From Octopus sinensis (taxonomy: Eukaryota), in the NCBI RefSeq assembly GCF_006345805.1, contig NC_042999.1, positions 31,000,001-31,064,000 of the forward strand: a stretch of DNA of 64,000 nucleotides, written 5' to 3'. The stretch's first letter is position 1; each line of letters starts with the position of its first letter. The position numbers and the translations under genes are program-made. Positions 25,893 through 37,782 of this stretch are shown here, piece by piece. A model generated the notes under the pieces. The model made no database searches. It was given only the letters and a program-made list of their open reading frames with translations, and had not been told where the DNA came from.

Positions 25893-27077
25893 GCGCGTGA
25901 GTGCACACATGCACACACACACAGAGCATGGACTTCTTTCAATTTCGACTCACAAGTTTTTAGTTGGCTTGAGGCTACAGTAGAAGACACTTGCCCATGG
26001 TGCCACACAGTGGGACTGAACAAACTTCTTCATCACACAACCACACCTAAATATCTCATAATTTATATCTTCATATAACCAGTGTTTTATTATATATGTA
26101 TGTATATAAGTATGTATTTATGTATATATTATGCACATTATTAATCATCCAATTAAATAGAATTACTTATAATGATAGTTTATTTCCTCCTGTTACTTAT
26201 TGAAAGAGCTACAGTCTAATGCAGATTAGCCTTGATTAAATAGACTAAGTGATCAAATGCACACCAGCTGCGATTTCCTCATTTTCTTACACCATAATCT
26301 TGGATTATATTCTCTAATGTATCCTGCATTTTCTTAAGATATTAGAATGTACTTTGAGAGGAATTTGTCTATGATTTCCATCAGGTTAAGAGGTTATGCT
26401 GCCTGGTTAATAGCATTCTAGTTGCTCCATTAATGGTATATGTTTAACAATTTTGTTGCTATATGTATACTGAAATACTCCACATTTTCCCAATTAATTT
26501 TGAAAATCATGTAAAAATAGTAAAAATAAAATTGTCATAATTTAATTGGTGATCGGAATATAAATTTACATGGAATTTTAAAGGAAGGTTTTATTTAGTT
26601 CATTTTAAAGTAATGACATTTTATCATTGAGCCAGGGTTGGTTTCAAGTGGTTTAGTATCATAAGAGTTAATATCACATTACTGAACTGACTATCAGGCA
26701 CTGACTAAAAGCCTTGTCTTCTAAGGTTACTATAACAGGAAAATGAAGGAGCTTCTTTGTGATCATTTTTCCTGCTAGAAATAGCTGTCAAAGCTTGCTT
26801 CCTAACATCTTGAAAATCAATATTGAATAATATTTTAGATATATAATGTCAAGGAATAGGAGTGTGTACTCATGATGGGCTCTCTGTTAAATATTAGGGC
26901 CATCTACATCGATGTTGGTCTCATGTTAAACTATAATGACTTATTGCAAAGGACTTTAATATGAGAGGAATTATGGATTATAAAAAAATATATGACATTT
27001 GATTCTAACATCTGTTAAGAATTCATTTGGGAGAATAGACGTTATCTTAGTGATTTGCACTTTTTACTCATTTGAAG

Positions 27078-27179
27078 ACAAATGTTTTTTTATGGTGAAC
27101 CAATAACAACTTTCCATGACATTGTTGGATTTGCTAAATATGGTTCCTATTTTGGTAATGATTCAAAGATATTTTCTAG
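27078..27179 (+). CDS. Candidate coding exon (K)QMFFYGEPITTFHDIVGFAKYGSYFGNDSKIFS(R/S)
   Basis: Acceptor ctttttactcatttgaag, donor AG|gtatta (alternative G|gtaatg at 27154), 102 nt phase 2-2, open frame, protein-like composition. Confidence 0.45.
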
Positions 27180-27213
27180 GTATTAATTAGTTTTACCAAA
27201 TATATTAACAGAC

Positions 27214-27560
27214 AGGTGCAGGAGTGGCTGTGTGGTAAGTAGCTTGCTTACCAACCACATGGTTCCGGGCTGAGTCCCACTGCGTGGCACCTTGTGAGTG
27301 GATTTAGTAGATGGAAACTGAAAGAAGCCCGTCGTATATATATATGTATATATTTGTGTGTCTGTGTTTGTTCTCCCAGCATCGCTTGACAACCGATGCT
27401 GGTGTGTTTACATCCCTATCATTTAGCGGTTTGGCAAGGGAGACTGATAGAATAAGTACTAGGCTTACAACGAATAAATCCTGGGGTTGATTTGTTCAAC
27501 TAAAGGCGGTGCTCCAGCATGGTTGCAGTCAAATGACTGAAACAAATAAAAAAAAAGAAA
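27214..27560 (+). mobile_element. SINE S1 with internal deletion
   Basis: Matches 29915-30305 but lacks the gggcaagtgtcttctactatagcc segment. Confidence 0.85.
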
Positions 27561-27598
27561 GAAAGACACCTTAAGATTATGATCCATATCTGAGAAAA

Positions 27599-27938
27599 CT
27601 AACTGAAGAGTTACAAAATCATGCTCAAAGATAACCCATAATTGACTGAGGTTCGTAAACATTTAGCTGAGGGAAACCTACACCTAACAGAAGGTTACCA
27701 GCATTTGATTATAGAAGGGTAACCAACACTAGTAGCATCTGATTGGGGATAACAAAAACTTGACTGGGGCAACCAAAACCTAACTGGGGCAACAAACACT
27801 TGGTTGAGAGTAACAAACGTTATTACACAAAATCAAATCTTGATTGAAGGTAACCAACACATGACTGAGGATAACCATCAATTCATTGAGAAAAAACAAT
27901 ACCTGATTGATGTCACCAATGGCATAAACAATAGCTGA
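27599..27938 (+). repeat. Degenerate 21 bp-period repeat (7-codon units, L-T/I-E-G-N-Q-H-like)
   Basis: Units such as ttgactgaggttcgtaaacat, ctaacagaaggttaccagcat, ttgattgaaggtaaccaacac, atgactgaggataaccatcaa. Confidence 0.7.
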
Positions 27939-28665
27939 AATTACAATCACAGTGCTAGCATGTATATTTTTGAGTAGTTTATTGAAAACAATGTCCAGAA
28001 CTCGAACTAAATCTCAGACTTTGTTTTAAATTGATTTGTTTTGCTTGAATTTATACTAGATTTTATTACATTATGTTTTAAAGGAGATTTGCTGAAATTT
28101 TACTTACAGTATATTTCAATGTGTATTAAGTATGTCAACGTCATTCACTATACTTCTCCTCCTCTTCCTTCTTCTCCTCCTTATCTCCCTGTTTATCCTT
28201 CTTCTCATCATCATAATAATACTATTCTTCTTACCTATTTCCCAATCACCACCACCACCTACATAAAATCCTGATATCTATTCTCTTCCTCCTTCTTTGT
28301 TTTTAATATTTCCTTACCTTACCACAGTTTGTATGATGCCTTTTTACTATGAAACAAACTTGGTATTTGTTGTCTTTTCCTCTACTCATTTCAGCTATCT
28401 TACTCTATTACTTGAAATTATTCTTTACAGACTTGCAAGTGTAGTACTCATGACTATTTGACAAGATCTGCAAAAATGTACTGAGGTAAATAATTACCAC
28501 TGACTAATACTTGCAACAAAGTGGACCCAAAATGCACTAATAGTGCACCCAAGTAGTGCTAATCTAGGTGACTAATTTTTTCTGATCCTGGGTACACACT
28601 GGACGTGGGAACAATTTTTCGTTAACAAATTCTATTTGAAAGTTATCGATTAATTGGAGGCTTGG

Positions 28666-29237
28666 TAGAAGACACATACTCAAGTTTCTGTGCAGTTCAT
28701 CAAACTGAGAAGGATGTAGTGTTGAAGTGAATATCATAATCATATAGTCATGAATTGAGTCTGTATTAGACCATAAGAAAATCAAATGATTTTTTTCATG
28801 ACACATTATAAATAGGATGATAAGAATAAATTCTAAATGGAATCATGTGAATGTAAGGGAACCTTTCTAACCATACTTCACTTTAAATAAACCATACCTT
28901 GTTCATGTATCAGAAGAAGACACGATGTTGGGCATTTGTTATGATTTGATAGAAGATACATACTCAAGGTTCTGTGCAGTTTGTCAAACTGAGAAGGATG
29001 TAGTGTTGAAGTGAATATCATAATGATATGGTAATGAATTCAGTCTTTATTAGACCATAAGAGAATCAAATGATTTTTTTCATGATACATTACAAATAGA
29101 ATGATAAGAATAAATTCTAACTGGTATCATGTGATTGTAAGGGAAACTTTCTAACCATACAGCCATACACGCACTTTAAATAAACTATACCTTGTTCATG
29201 TATCACGAGACACGATGTTGGGCATTTGTTATGATTT
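28666..29237. repeat. Direct tandem duplication of ~285 bp non-TE sequence
   Basis: 28666-28949 and 28950-29237 align end to end with scattered substitutions and small indels. Confidence 0.9.
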
Positions 29238-29914
29238 AAATCTAATACTACCCTCGGATGTGCAATTAGTACTTAGGAAAAATATTGAAATGCTTCTTTA
29301 ACAATAAAACTTTAGATATTTTCCATCTTATTCAAAGCTCACCATTGTAAACTAATGAGGAAGAAACAATATTATAGCCGATTTCTTCAGTTTTAATGCT
29401 TTTATTTATTTATTTGTTTATTTTTTTCCAAATATTAAAATACTGTTTTTAATTGTCAATATATTTTGCAGACAGGCATATATAAACACATGTACATACA
29501 GATAGACACATGAGTACACACATAAACAGATAAATGCACATATAAGCACACACACATATATGAATATAGATAAATGCACACATATGTACATATACACACA
29601 GATAAAGAAATGCATACATACATACATTCACACAGATAAATGCACACATATACACAAGTATGTGCACAAATACACACATATATTCAAATACCTATAAACT
29701 GACAGACACACACAATCATGCACACTTAAACACACACAAATACACACAAATGCACATATACATACAGATAATGACACAGAAGTACACCACATTGAGAGAT
29801 AATTTTATTAAAGTTTGACAGATACTTAAACATATATGAATAAATACATTAGACACTCATATACACACATTTGCACATATATTCAAAAACCATCTTACTC
29901 TCATCTCTTTCATT

Positions 29915-30305
29915 GCAGTGGCTGTGTGGTAAGTAGCTTGCTTACCAACCACATGGTTCCGGGTTCAGTCCCACTGCATGGCACCTTGGGCAAGTGTCTT
30001 CTACTATAGCCTCGGGCCAACCAGAGCCTTGTGAGTGGATTTGGTAGATGGAAACTGAAAGAAGCCCATCGTATATATGTATATATATGTGTGTGTATAT
30101 GTTTGTGTGTCTGTGTTTGTCCCCACAACATCGCTTGACAACCGATGCTGGTGTGTTTACGTCCCCGTAACTTAGCGGTTTGGCAAAAGAGACCAATAGA
30201 ATAAGTTCTAGGCTTACAAAGAATAAGTCCAGGGGTCGATTTGCTCGACTAAAGGCGGTGCTCCAGGATTGTCACAGTCAAAATGACTGAAGCAAGTAAA
30301 AGAGT
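29915..30305 (+). mobile_element. SINE S1, near full length
   Basis: tRNA-like head with gggttcagtccc B box, ccttgggcaagtgtctt segment, internal (TA/TG)n, tail gactgaagcaagtaaaagag. Confidence 0.9.
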
Positions 30306-30454
30306 ATACAAGTACCAACAAGCAAGTCATGATGTGGTTGTGCAGCTTGATATGAATAGTAGCAAAATCTCCTTCAAATAAAACACCACCTTTCTTTGTG
30401 AAAGAGACATTGGATAACGTAGTTCTGAATCTAAGTTCCCAGCAAATTGGTCAA

Positions 30455-31048
30455 ACATGAGATGACCATGGCTAGAATGCCTTTCCGAGAAAGATCTCCT
30501 TGGTGACCAAAGGGCAAATCTACCAGGCTGTTGTTCGTACTATCTTCCTCTATGGTTGTGAAACATGGCCTATGAGGGTAGTCGATCAGCGAAGGCTGGA
30601 GGTGTTTGACAATGACTGATTTCACCACAGTCTTCGCTGCCGACACATTGATTGGGTTCCAACAGTCGGTCTTCATGATCGCCTGATTCTCCAGCCCCTC
30701 CCTTCAGTGCTTCTACAACGGTGCTTAAGGTAGTTTGGTCATGCAGCCCAGCATCCAGAAGGTGAGCTGATTTGCGATGTCTTCCTCCCACCTCCACTTC
30801 CCAACTGGCGCAAACACACTGCGGGCAGCTGAAGACCTGGGCAACGACGATAAAGGAGGACCTCTCTGAACTCTCAGGTCTGCAGGTGGTTGGTCTGCGC
30901 AGATGGAACTGCGAATGGCTCACTATCTCCAGTGACCTCGCACAGGACCATTGAGCGGGGGCCGACATGGTTCCTGATTCTGTCAGGACTAGAGAAGAAG
31001 CTGGCTCAATCCACCCTGGGTGAACGCCAGCACAAGTACAAGTAAGTA
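30455..31048 (+). mobile_element. RTE/BovB-type LINE 3' fragment of a second, GC-richer family
   Basis: TKGQIYQAVVRTIFLYGCETWPMRVVDQRRLEVFDND, GQLKTWATTIKEDL, then tail caagtacaagtaagta. Confidence 0.85.
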
Positions 31049-31785
31049 TGAATACCTTTGGTCATTATCCAATAATATTAGAACTGTCTGCAGATGAGCT
31101 AAATAACAATGCTTACAGACACATAGACTGGCGCACTCATATACACATATACAAAAACTGCCGCTCACAAACAGACCAACATTTGTAATACAGTACTATA
31201 CACAGGACAATATATACTGCATTTTATAAACTATATACAGTACCATAGAAGACAGACATACAGAAATATATTTTGTGAGTAAGATAGTCAGTCAGTTGGA
31301 TTTCCTTAAACCAATCTCTAACACAATTAAAATATCAAACCCTAGGATTTAAACACTACATTTTAAATAAGAGACAATGATGAGAATAAAGTCACTCCAA
31401 ATGCTAGAAATAGCATCTGTATTTCCTTCAAATCAGAAGCTATGATTTTATAAAAGACATGTAGTATGTAGTCCAAGATACATGTATACACAAAAAAGGA
31501 ATTTGTCATGGATGGATTGCATTTAATCTTGTATGTTTGTTGTATATGCCAGCATGGCTGAGTGGTGAAAGGTTTGCTTCCCAATCTCATGATTTCAGGT
31601 TCAGTTCCACTAAAGTGTACCTTGAGCATGTATAGTATTCACTAACCCTAGGCTGACAACAATCCAGCGAGTATCTTTGAAAGAGAGAAACTGATAGGAG
31701 TTAGTTATACACATACACACACACGTGTGCATGCACGGACACACATGCATGCACACGCACACACAAATACTCACATATATAAATG

Positions 31786-31848
<63 letters not shown>

Positions 31849-32333
31849 TATATTTATATTTGAATGTGTATATATTTATATGTATATATGTGTGTATTTG
31901 TGTGAGTTATGTGTATGTATTTGTATATATATATGTGTGTATATATATATATAGACAGACAGACAGACAGATAGATAGCTACATAGATAAATAGACAGAG
32001 TGACAGATGGATATGTGTATGTGTGTGCATGTTTTATTGTCTCCTTGGCTTGACATTGTTTGATATTTGTAAATGATGGTTATCATAATACATATGGTCT
32101 CCTACATTGTTTCCATTCTTGCTTAATTGCATGTTTGTTCATGAGGAAATGTTACCGTATTTTGAAACTGGTGATGGTTGATGACAGGAAGGTCATCCAA
32201 CGATAGAATATCAGTTCCAAATGTTGCATTTGACACATGTGAAGAGCATGGGAAGAGGACATGAAAATGTTGATGATGGTGGCTGTATATGTATACACAC
32301 AAACTTATATATATATATATATATATTTATATA

Positions 32334-32500
32334 TAGAGGGCATTATACATACATGCCACACGCTAAGAGGGACAATTAGTCATTTCTACCAAAAATATTA
32401 CTAATCCCACCGAATGCAATTTTTCAAAGTAAGACATTTAAAAAATATAGACCTGTATCACAGTGATTTCATACTTACGTATTCATCAGCAGGCCTGGAT
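32334..32500 (-). mobile_element. Repeat family A (Penelope-type terminal repeat)
   Basis: Homologous to both arms of the 49077-49394 palindrome; abuts (TA)n. Confidence 0.75.
32449..32496 (-). ncRNA. Type I hammerhead ribozyme motif, canonical core
   Basis: AGGCCUG CUGAUGA AUAC-GUAA-GUAU GAAA UCAC-U-GUGA UA CAGGUCU: 7 bp stem I (one G-U), 4 bp stem II with GNRA loop, near-palindromic stem III, AUA cleavage triplet. Confidence 0.8.
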
Positions 32501-32577
32501 GTATCATACATATATATGTATCATATATATATATCAATTATAATTATTATTTTTATATTTTGGTATATTAACTTTCA

Positions 32578-32829
32578 GTGGAGGCATGTGGCTTAGTGGT
32601 TAGGGTGTCAGCATCATGATCATAAGATTGTGGTTTTGATTCCTGGACCGGGGTGACATGCTGTGTTTGTGAGCAAAACACTTCATTTCACGTTGCTCCA
32701 GTCCACTCAGCTGGCAAAAATGAGTAACGCTGTGATGGACTGGCATCCTGTCCAGCTGGTGAACACATACACCATAGAAACCAGGAAACCGGGCCCATGA
32801 GTCTGGCTAGGCTTTAAAAGGGTGCATTT
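32578..32829 (+). mobile_element. tRNA-derived SINE, head/body S4 with tail T1
   Basis: gtggaggcatgtggcttagtggttagggtg head; gagcaaaacacttcatttcacgttgctccagtccactcagctg body; gaaaccgggcccatgag tail. Confidence 0.85.
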
Positions 32830-33088
32830 ATTTTATTTATTATAGTAACTTTCACTACCTTTCTAAATCTGTTCTTATCTTTTGGCGATATGAAAGCTGA
32901 TTACTTAGTTCCTTTGGTTATTCCTGATTGATTTCTACACTCATATCATCAACAGCAGTATAGTGTGTAATTGAATAATTGTTTTTCGTTTTGGGATTTG
33001 GTTTGCATAATTCTTTATATGAGTTTGTGTGTTGGAGCATATACTGTTATGTCTGGGGAGAGTCATTTTCTTTTTGTGCTTTATAATG

Positions 33089-33267
33089 TAACAGACTCAC
33101 CAGTAAAATTTTCACTTATTTCTTATTTTTATTTTCCTAAAATTTTCATTGCGTCTTGCAACCTTTTCATTAGTCTCGACTCTTTTATTGAAAATGTTGC
33201 AAGATGCAAGGAAAATTTTTGAAAAATAAAAATAAGAAATAAGTGGAAATTTTACCGGTGTGTGTTA
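33089..33267. mobile_element. Hairpin MITE with ~70 bp inverted arms
   Basis: cagactcaccagtaaaattttcacttatttcttatttttatttt...tcttgcaac versus gttgcaaga...aaataaaaataagaaataagtggaaattttaccggtgtgtg. Confidence 0.8.
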
Positions 33268-33270
33268 AAT

Positions 33271-33455
33271 TCTAGTCACAAGGCCCGAAATTTGGGGGAT
33301 GGGATCTGTTGATTAGATATACTCAAGTACACAGCTGATACTTAATTTATCGACCCTGAAAGGATGAAAGGCAATGTCGACCTCGGCGGAATTTAAACTC
33401 AGAACGTAAAGACAGACGAAACACCGCTAAGCATTTCGCCTGATGTGCTATTGTT
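33271..33455 (-). mobile_element. SINE S2
   Basis: ttatcgaccctgaaaggatgaaaggcaatgtcgacctcggcggaatttaaactcagaacg. Confidence 0.85.
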
Positions 33456-33719
33456 TCTGCCAGCTCAAGGCACAAAAAGAAAATGACTCTCCCCAGACAC
33501 AACTGAATAGTTGTCTTTATTCAACATTGGCTGATGAAGTGACAATATTTCACATGGTCAAATTGTGGGAAATATTTCATACATTCTTTATGTTGTAAGT
33601 CTGAGGTCCTGTATTTAATGTCTCTTCAGTTTATATAAAGCTATAGCACTGACGACTCACTGAATCACTGTGCATTCTTAGTGATTAAATATCTTGTGAA
33701 AATGAATATTTTCCTACAG

Positions 33720-33902
33720 AGATTTATGCACATCTCTTTGCTCTGTGCATATGTGTGGCCCAATATTTCAAGTGGTTGTGGGTTTGATCTCTGGACTGTG
33801 ATCTTGTGCAAAATATTTATTCCCTTATGGATATGTGATCATTTTGACACGAGATATGGAATACCATGCATCTCAGGGGCCAATATTGATTTGATGAAGA
33901 GA
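33720..33902 (+). CDS. Candidate exon RFMHISLL...FDTRYGIPCISGANIDLMKR
   Basis: Strong acceptor aatattttcctacag and donor AGA|gtgagc, 183 nt open phase 0-0; unusual C/W-rich composition argues for caution. Confidence 0.3.
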
Positions 33903-34314
33903 GTGAGCTTAAGTGCTGCACAAATATTTGATCACTATGAAAGAATATTATCTGTACAGGTTGTTCAGCAATAAATTGCAGAATGCTCATTCTCTGATAG
34001 AAAAAAACAACAACCTGTTATGTATATGTGTGTATGTGAGCATGTGTGTGTGTGTATGTGCATGTGTGTATGTGTGTGTATTGAATGCAATACTGTGATA
34101 GCAAAAATGGTATTTTTCAGGTTTCCTATTTTCTGTTGCTTTCCACCCTCCCACACTCTCTCTTTCTCTTTCAGTATATATATGTGTGTATGTTTGTGTG
34201 TGTAAATGTGTGTGTGTATGTATATATATATATATATATTATATCTACATAAGTATGGAAATATTTTGATATACATGCATGTATAAATTGATATATATAT
34301 ATATATTATATATA

Positions 34315-34374
<60 letters not shown>

Positions 34375-34416
34375 TATTATATATATATATTATGTATATA
34401 TATATATATATATATA

Positions 34417-34447
<31 letters not shown>

Positions 34448-34451
34448 TATG

Positions 34452-34506
<55 letters not shown>

Positions 34507-34611
34507 TATGTATACATATATATATTTACATATATATATATATATATATATATACATAAATGTATATATATATATATAATATATATATACATGTATATAT
34601 ATATATACATA

Positions 34612-34662
<51 letters not shown>

Positions 34663-35056
34663 CATACATGTATATTAAAATATCTACATATATATGTAGA
34701 CACACATATACGTAGACATAATATATATACACACACACTATACAAACACATATATATATATATATATATGTAGAAATGTATATACACAAGCATATAAGTA
34801 TAGTTACAGACCTGGAAAGTAAGTAACAACCTAAAAAATAGCGCAAATACCTCAGTACAGGTAATAAATATATATACCCCCACAGAAAATTTAGTTGCTG
34901 GGCAAGCATCTAAGCATAACTTCTATAAATAGATATATATTGGTCTTGGATGACTCATGCTTTCCAATGCATTTTAATGGGTTTTCACACAGAGCTGGCA
35001 AGGTTTTCATATATAGCTTAGAATCCAATTGGAAGTATTCAGGAAATTTTTTTCTT

Positions 35057-35117
<61 letters not shown>

Positions 35118-35621
35118 CTTACATATTTGTTTCTGTGTGTGCATGTGCTGGTCTCTATGCAAATACTTCTATACAGTAAGATACATTTTCATTGTTATAT
35201 GTATATATATATATAAAATATATATATATATATATATACACATATGTATATGTATGTATATATGCAAATCTGTATCTATATTTGCAAATATTCATACATA
35301 TATAAATGTATGTGTGTGTGAGTGTGTGTGTGTGTTTATGTGTGTGTGTGTATGTGTGCATAGTGTTAATGTTTGTCTTTATGTTCAGTTTTAAAGAAAA
35401 CAAATTTATATTAATCTGATGGGTTACTATAAACTTTTGTAGAGTACAAATTTATTATTCCTAAACAAGAATACTATAGACAGGGACTTCGAAGTTATGG
35501 CTATTCAAAGCATCATACAACTGCAGTTCAATGATAGTTTAACTGCCTAAATCTTCAAAGTCACTTGTAATATCATAAATTTAAGTGTAATACATATATA
35601 TGTATTATATATATATATGTA

Positions 35622-35662
<41 letters not shown>

Positions 35663-35677
35663 TATATATACATATGC

Positions 35678-35720
<43 letters not shown>

Positions 35721-35786
35721 GTCTAAATCTTCAGTGATATGCAACCTGATTACTAGGGTTTTTCTTCATTACATGAAAATAAAATA

Positions 35787-35825
<39 letters not shown>

Positions 35826-36553
35826 TTAGCGTCCGTTTTCCATGCTAGCATGGGTTGGACGGTTCTACTGGGGTCTGTGAAGCCAGAAGGCTTCATCAGG
35901 CCCAGTCAAATCTGGCAGTGTTTCTACGGCTGGATGCCCTTCCTAACGCCAACCACTCCGTGAGTGTAGTGGGTGCTTTTTACGTGCCACCCGCACTGGT
36001 GCCAGACAGAGCTGGTAAACGGCCACGAACGGATGGTGCTTTTTATGTGCCACCGGCACGAGGGCCAGGCGAGGCTGGCAACGGACACGAAATGGGGCGG
36101 TGCTAGCAACGGTCGCGAAACGGAAAGTTCTCTTACATGCCACCGGCACTGGTAACACATCTGCAATTTCCATTGATCGATTTCCATTGATCGATTTCGA
36201 TTCTGATCCTCACTTGCCTCAATGGGTCTTCACAAGCAGAGTTTCGACATGCCACCGGCACTGGTAGCACATCCGCAATTTCCATTGATCGATTTCGATT
36301 CTGATCCTCACTTGCCTCAACACGTCTTCACAAGTAGAGTTTTGTATCCCAAGAAGGGAAGGTATGCATACGTAGGCTGGCTCCATCCCATGTAGAAGGT
36401 CACGGGTTGTGGACTCACTTGTCCTGCCGGGTCTTCTCGCGCACAGCACACTTCCAGAGGTCTCGGTCTCTAGTCATTTCCTCAGTGAGACCTAAAGTTC
36501 GAAGGTCGTGCTTCACCACCTCGTCCCAGGTTTTCCTGGGTCTGCCTCTTCCA
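35787..36553 (-). mobile_element. Relatively young 5'-truncated RTE LINE (ORF end, 3' UTR, (GAT)n tail)
   Basis: GRGRPRKTWDEVVKHDLRTLGLTEEMTRDRDLWKCAVREKTRQDK* followed by 3' UTR and the tail family seen at 5254. Confidence 0.9.
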
Positions 36554-37469
36554 CATATAATATACATCTTCAAATATATATACATATATATGTATATATA
36601 TTTACATATACACATACATACATGTGTATACATACTTATATACATATGTTTTTTGTGTGTGTTTTTGTGTGTCTGTTTGTGTGTCTAACCAACCAACCCA
36701 ACATTTAATGTCCATTTTCTATGCTGGCATAAGTTAGGTGCTTTGATATGATCCAGTGACCCATAGAAAAGACGTGATGGCATCTAAGTATTTTTATTAT
36801 CAAATTTTAATGTCTCCTTAGAATCATAATATACAGGAAAAAGAAATACCAAACAATCATTAATTGAAAAGATTGAACATGAACATTTGTGTTTATTAGT
36901 CAGCTGTTTATATTCTGTTCACTTTTCCATGCTAGCTTTTGTACAACCAAAACTAAGTGAGGCTTTCATTTACAGTTGGATGCTCTTCCTGTTACTAGCA
37001 CTTAACTGTTTTAAGTAAAAGAAATGATTTTATATTTTTAACTGATCTCCTCAAGATAATTGTTTCCAAGGAATGTAAAAATAACATCTATTCTTTACTC
37101 AGATTGTGTCATGCATAGACATGCAGATAATATTCTATGCACTGACGAAAGCACATATACACACACACATATATATATACAAACAAATAAACGTATATAT
37201 CTAAAAACACACACACACATACACAAGCAAATGCATGCACACCCAAATGTAACAGGTTTTATACAGCTTCGGTCTACCAATTTCAGTTACAAAGCATAAA
37301 CTCAACGCAATTGAAGAAGACATGGTGTCATACACTGGGATAAGAACCCTGACCCACAAGATTATGGTGCAAAAACCTGCACCAATATAACCATGCATAT
37401 CCTATACCATACCTTGCATTTTATACATATATGTGTGTGAATGCACATTACATATGTACATGCATATTC

Positions 37470-37680
37470 TATTATTATTATTATTGTTATTATTATTATT
37501 CAGTAGTTTTATTTTTATAGCGTGCTTTCACTTCACTACCGAGTGCAGCTCTGTGTGCCTTGGGTATGTGCTGTGATTTGTTGTGATGCTCTGATGGTTA
37601 CTGTATGGAAAGTGTTCTACATAGGATGTGTGCAGTGCCTAATAATGCAATTTCCAGGTCTTTGTGTTTTGAAAGATTAT
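37470..37680 (-). mobile_element. R4/Dong-like LINE 3' end in a (TAA)n array
   Basis: Minus-strand EIALLGTAHILCRTLSIQ* (stop at 37598-37600) matches the 'LLGTAHILR..L' C-terminus of REL-endonuclease LINEs; (AAT)n on both sides. Confidence 0.75.
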
Positions 37681-37685
37681 TATTA

Positions 37686-37726
<41 letters not shown>

Positions 37727-37745
37727 GTTGTTGTTGTTGTTGTTA

Positions 37746-37782
<37 letters not shown>

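Noticed and set aside
25436-26023. 195 aa Pro/Ser/Leu-rich minus-strand ORF
   Set aside because: Translation of the polypyrimidine tract plus a SINE fragment
33525-33570. CTGATGA-A-GTGA..TCAC stem
   Set aside because: GAAA is replaced by ATGG; non-functional remnant
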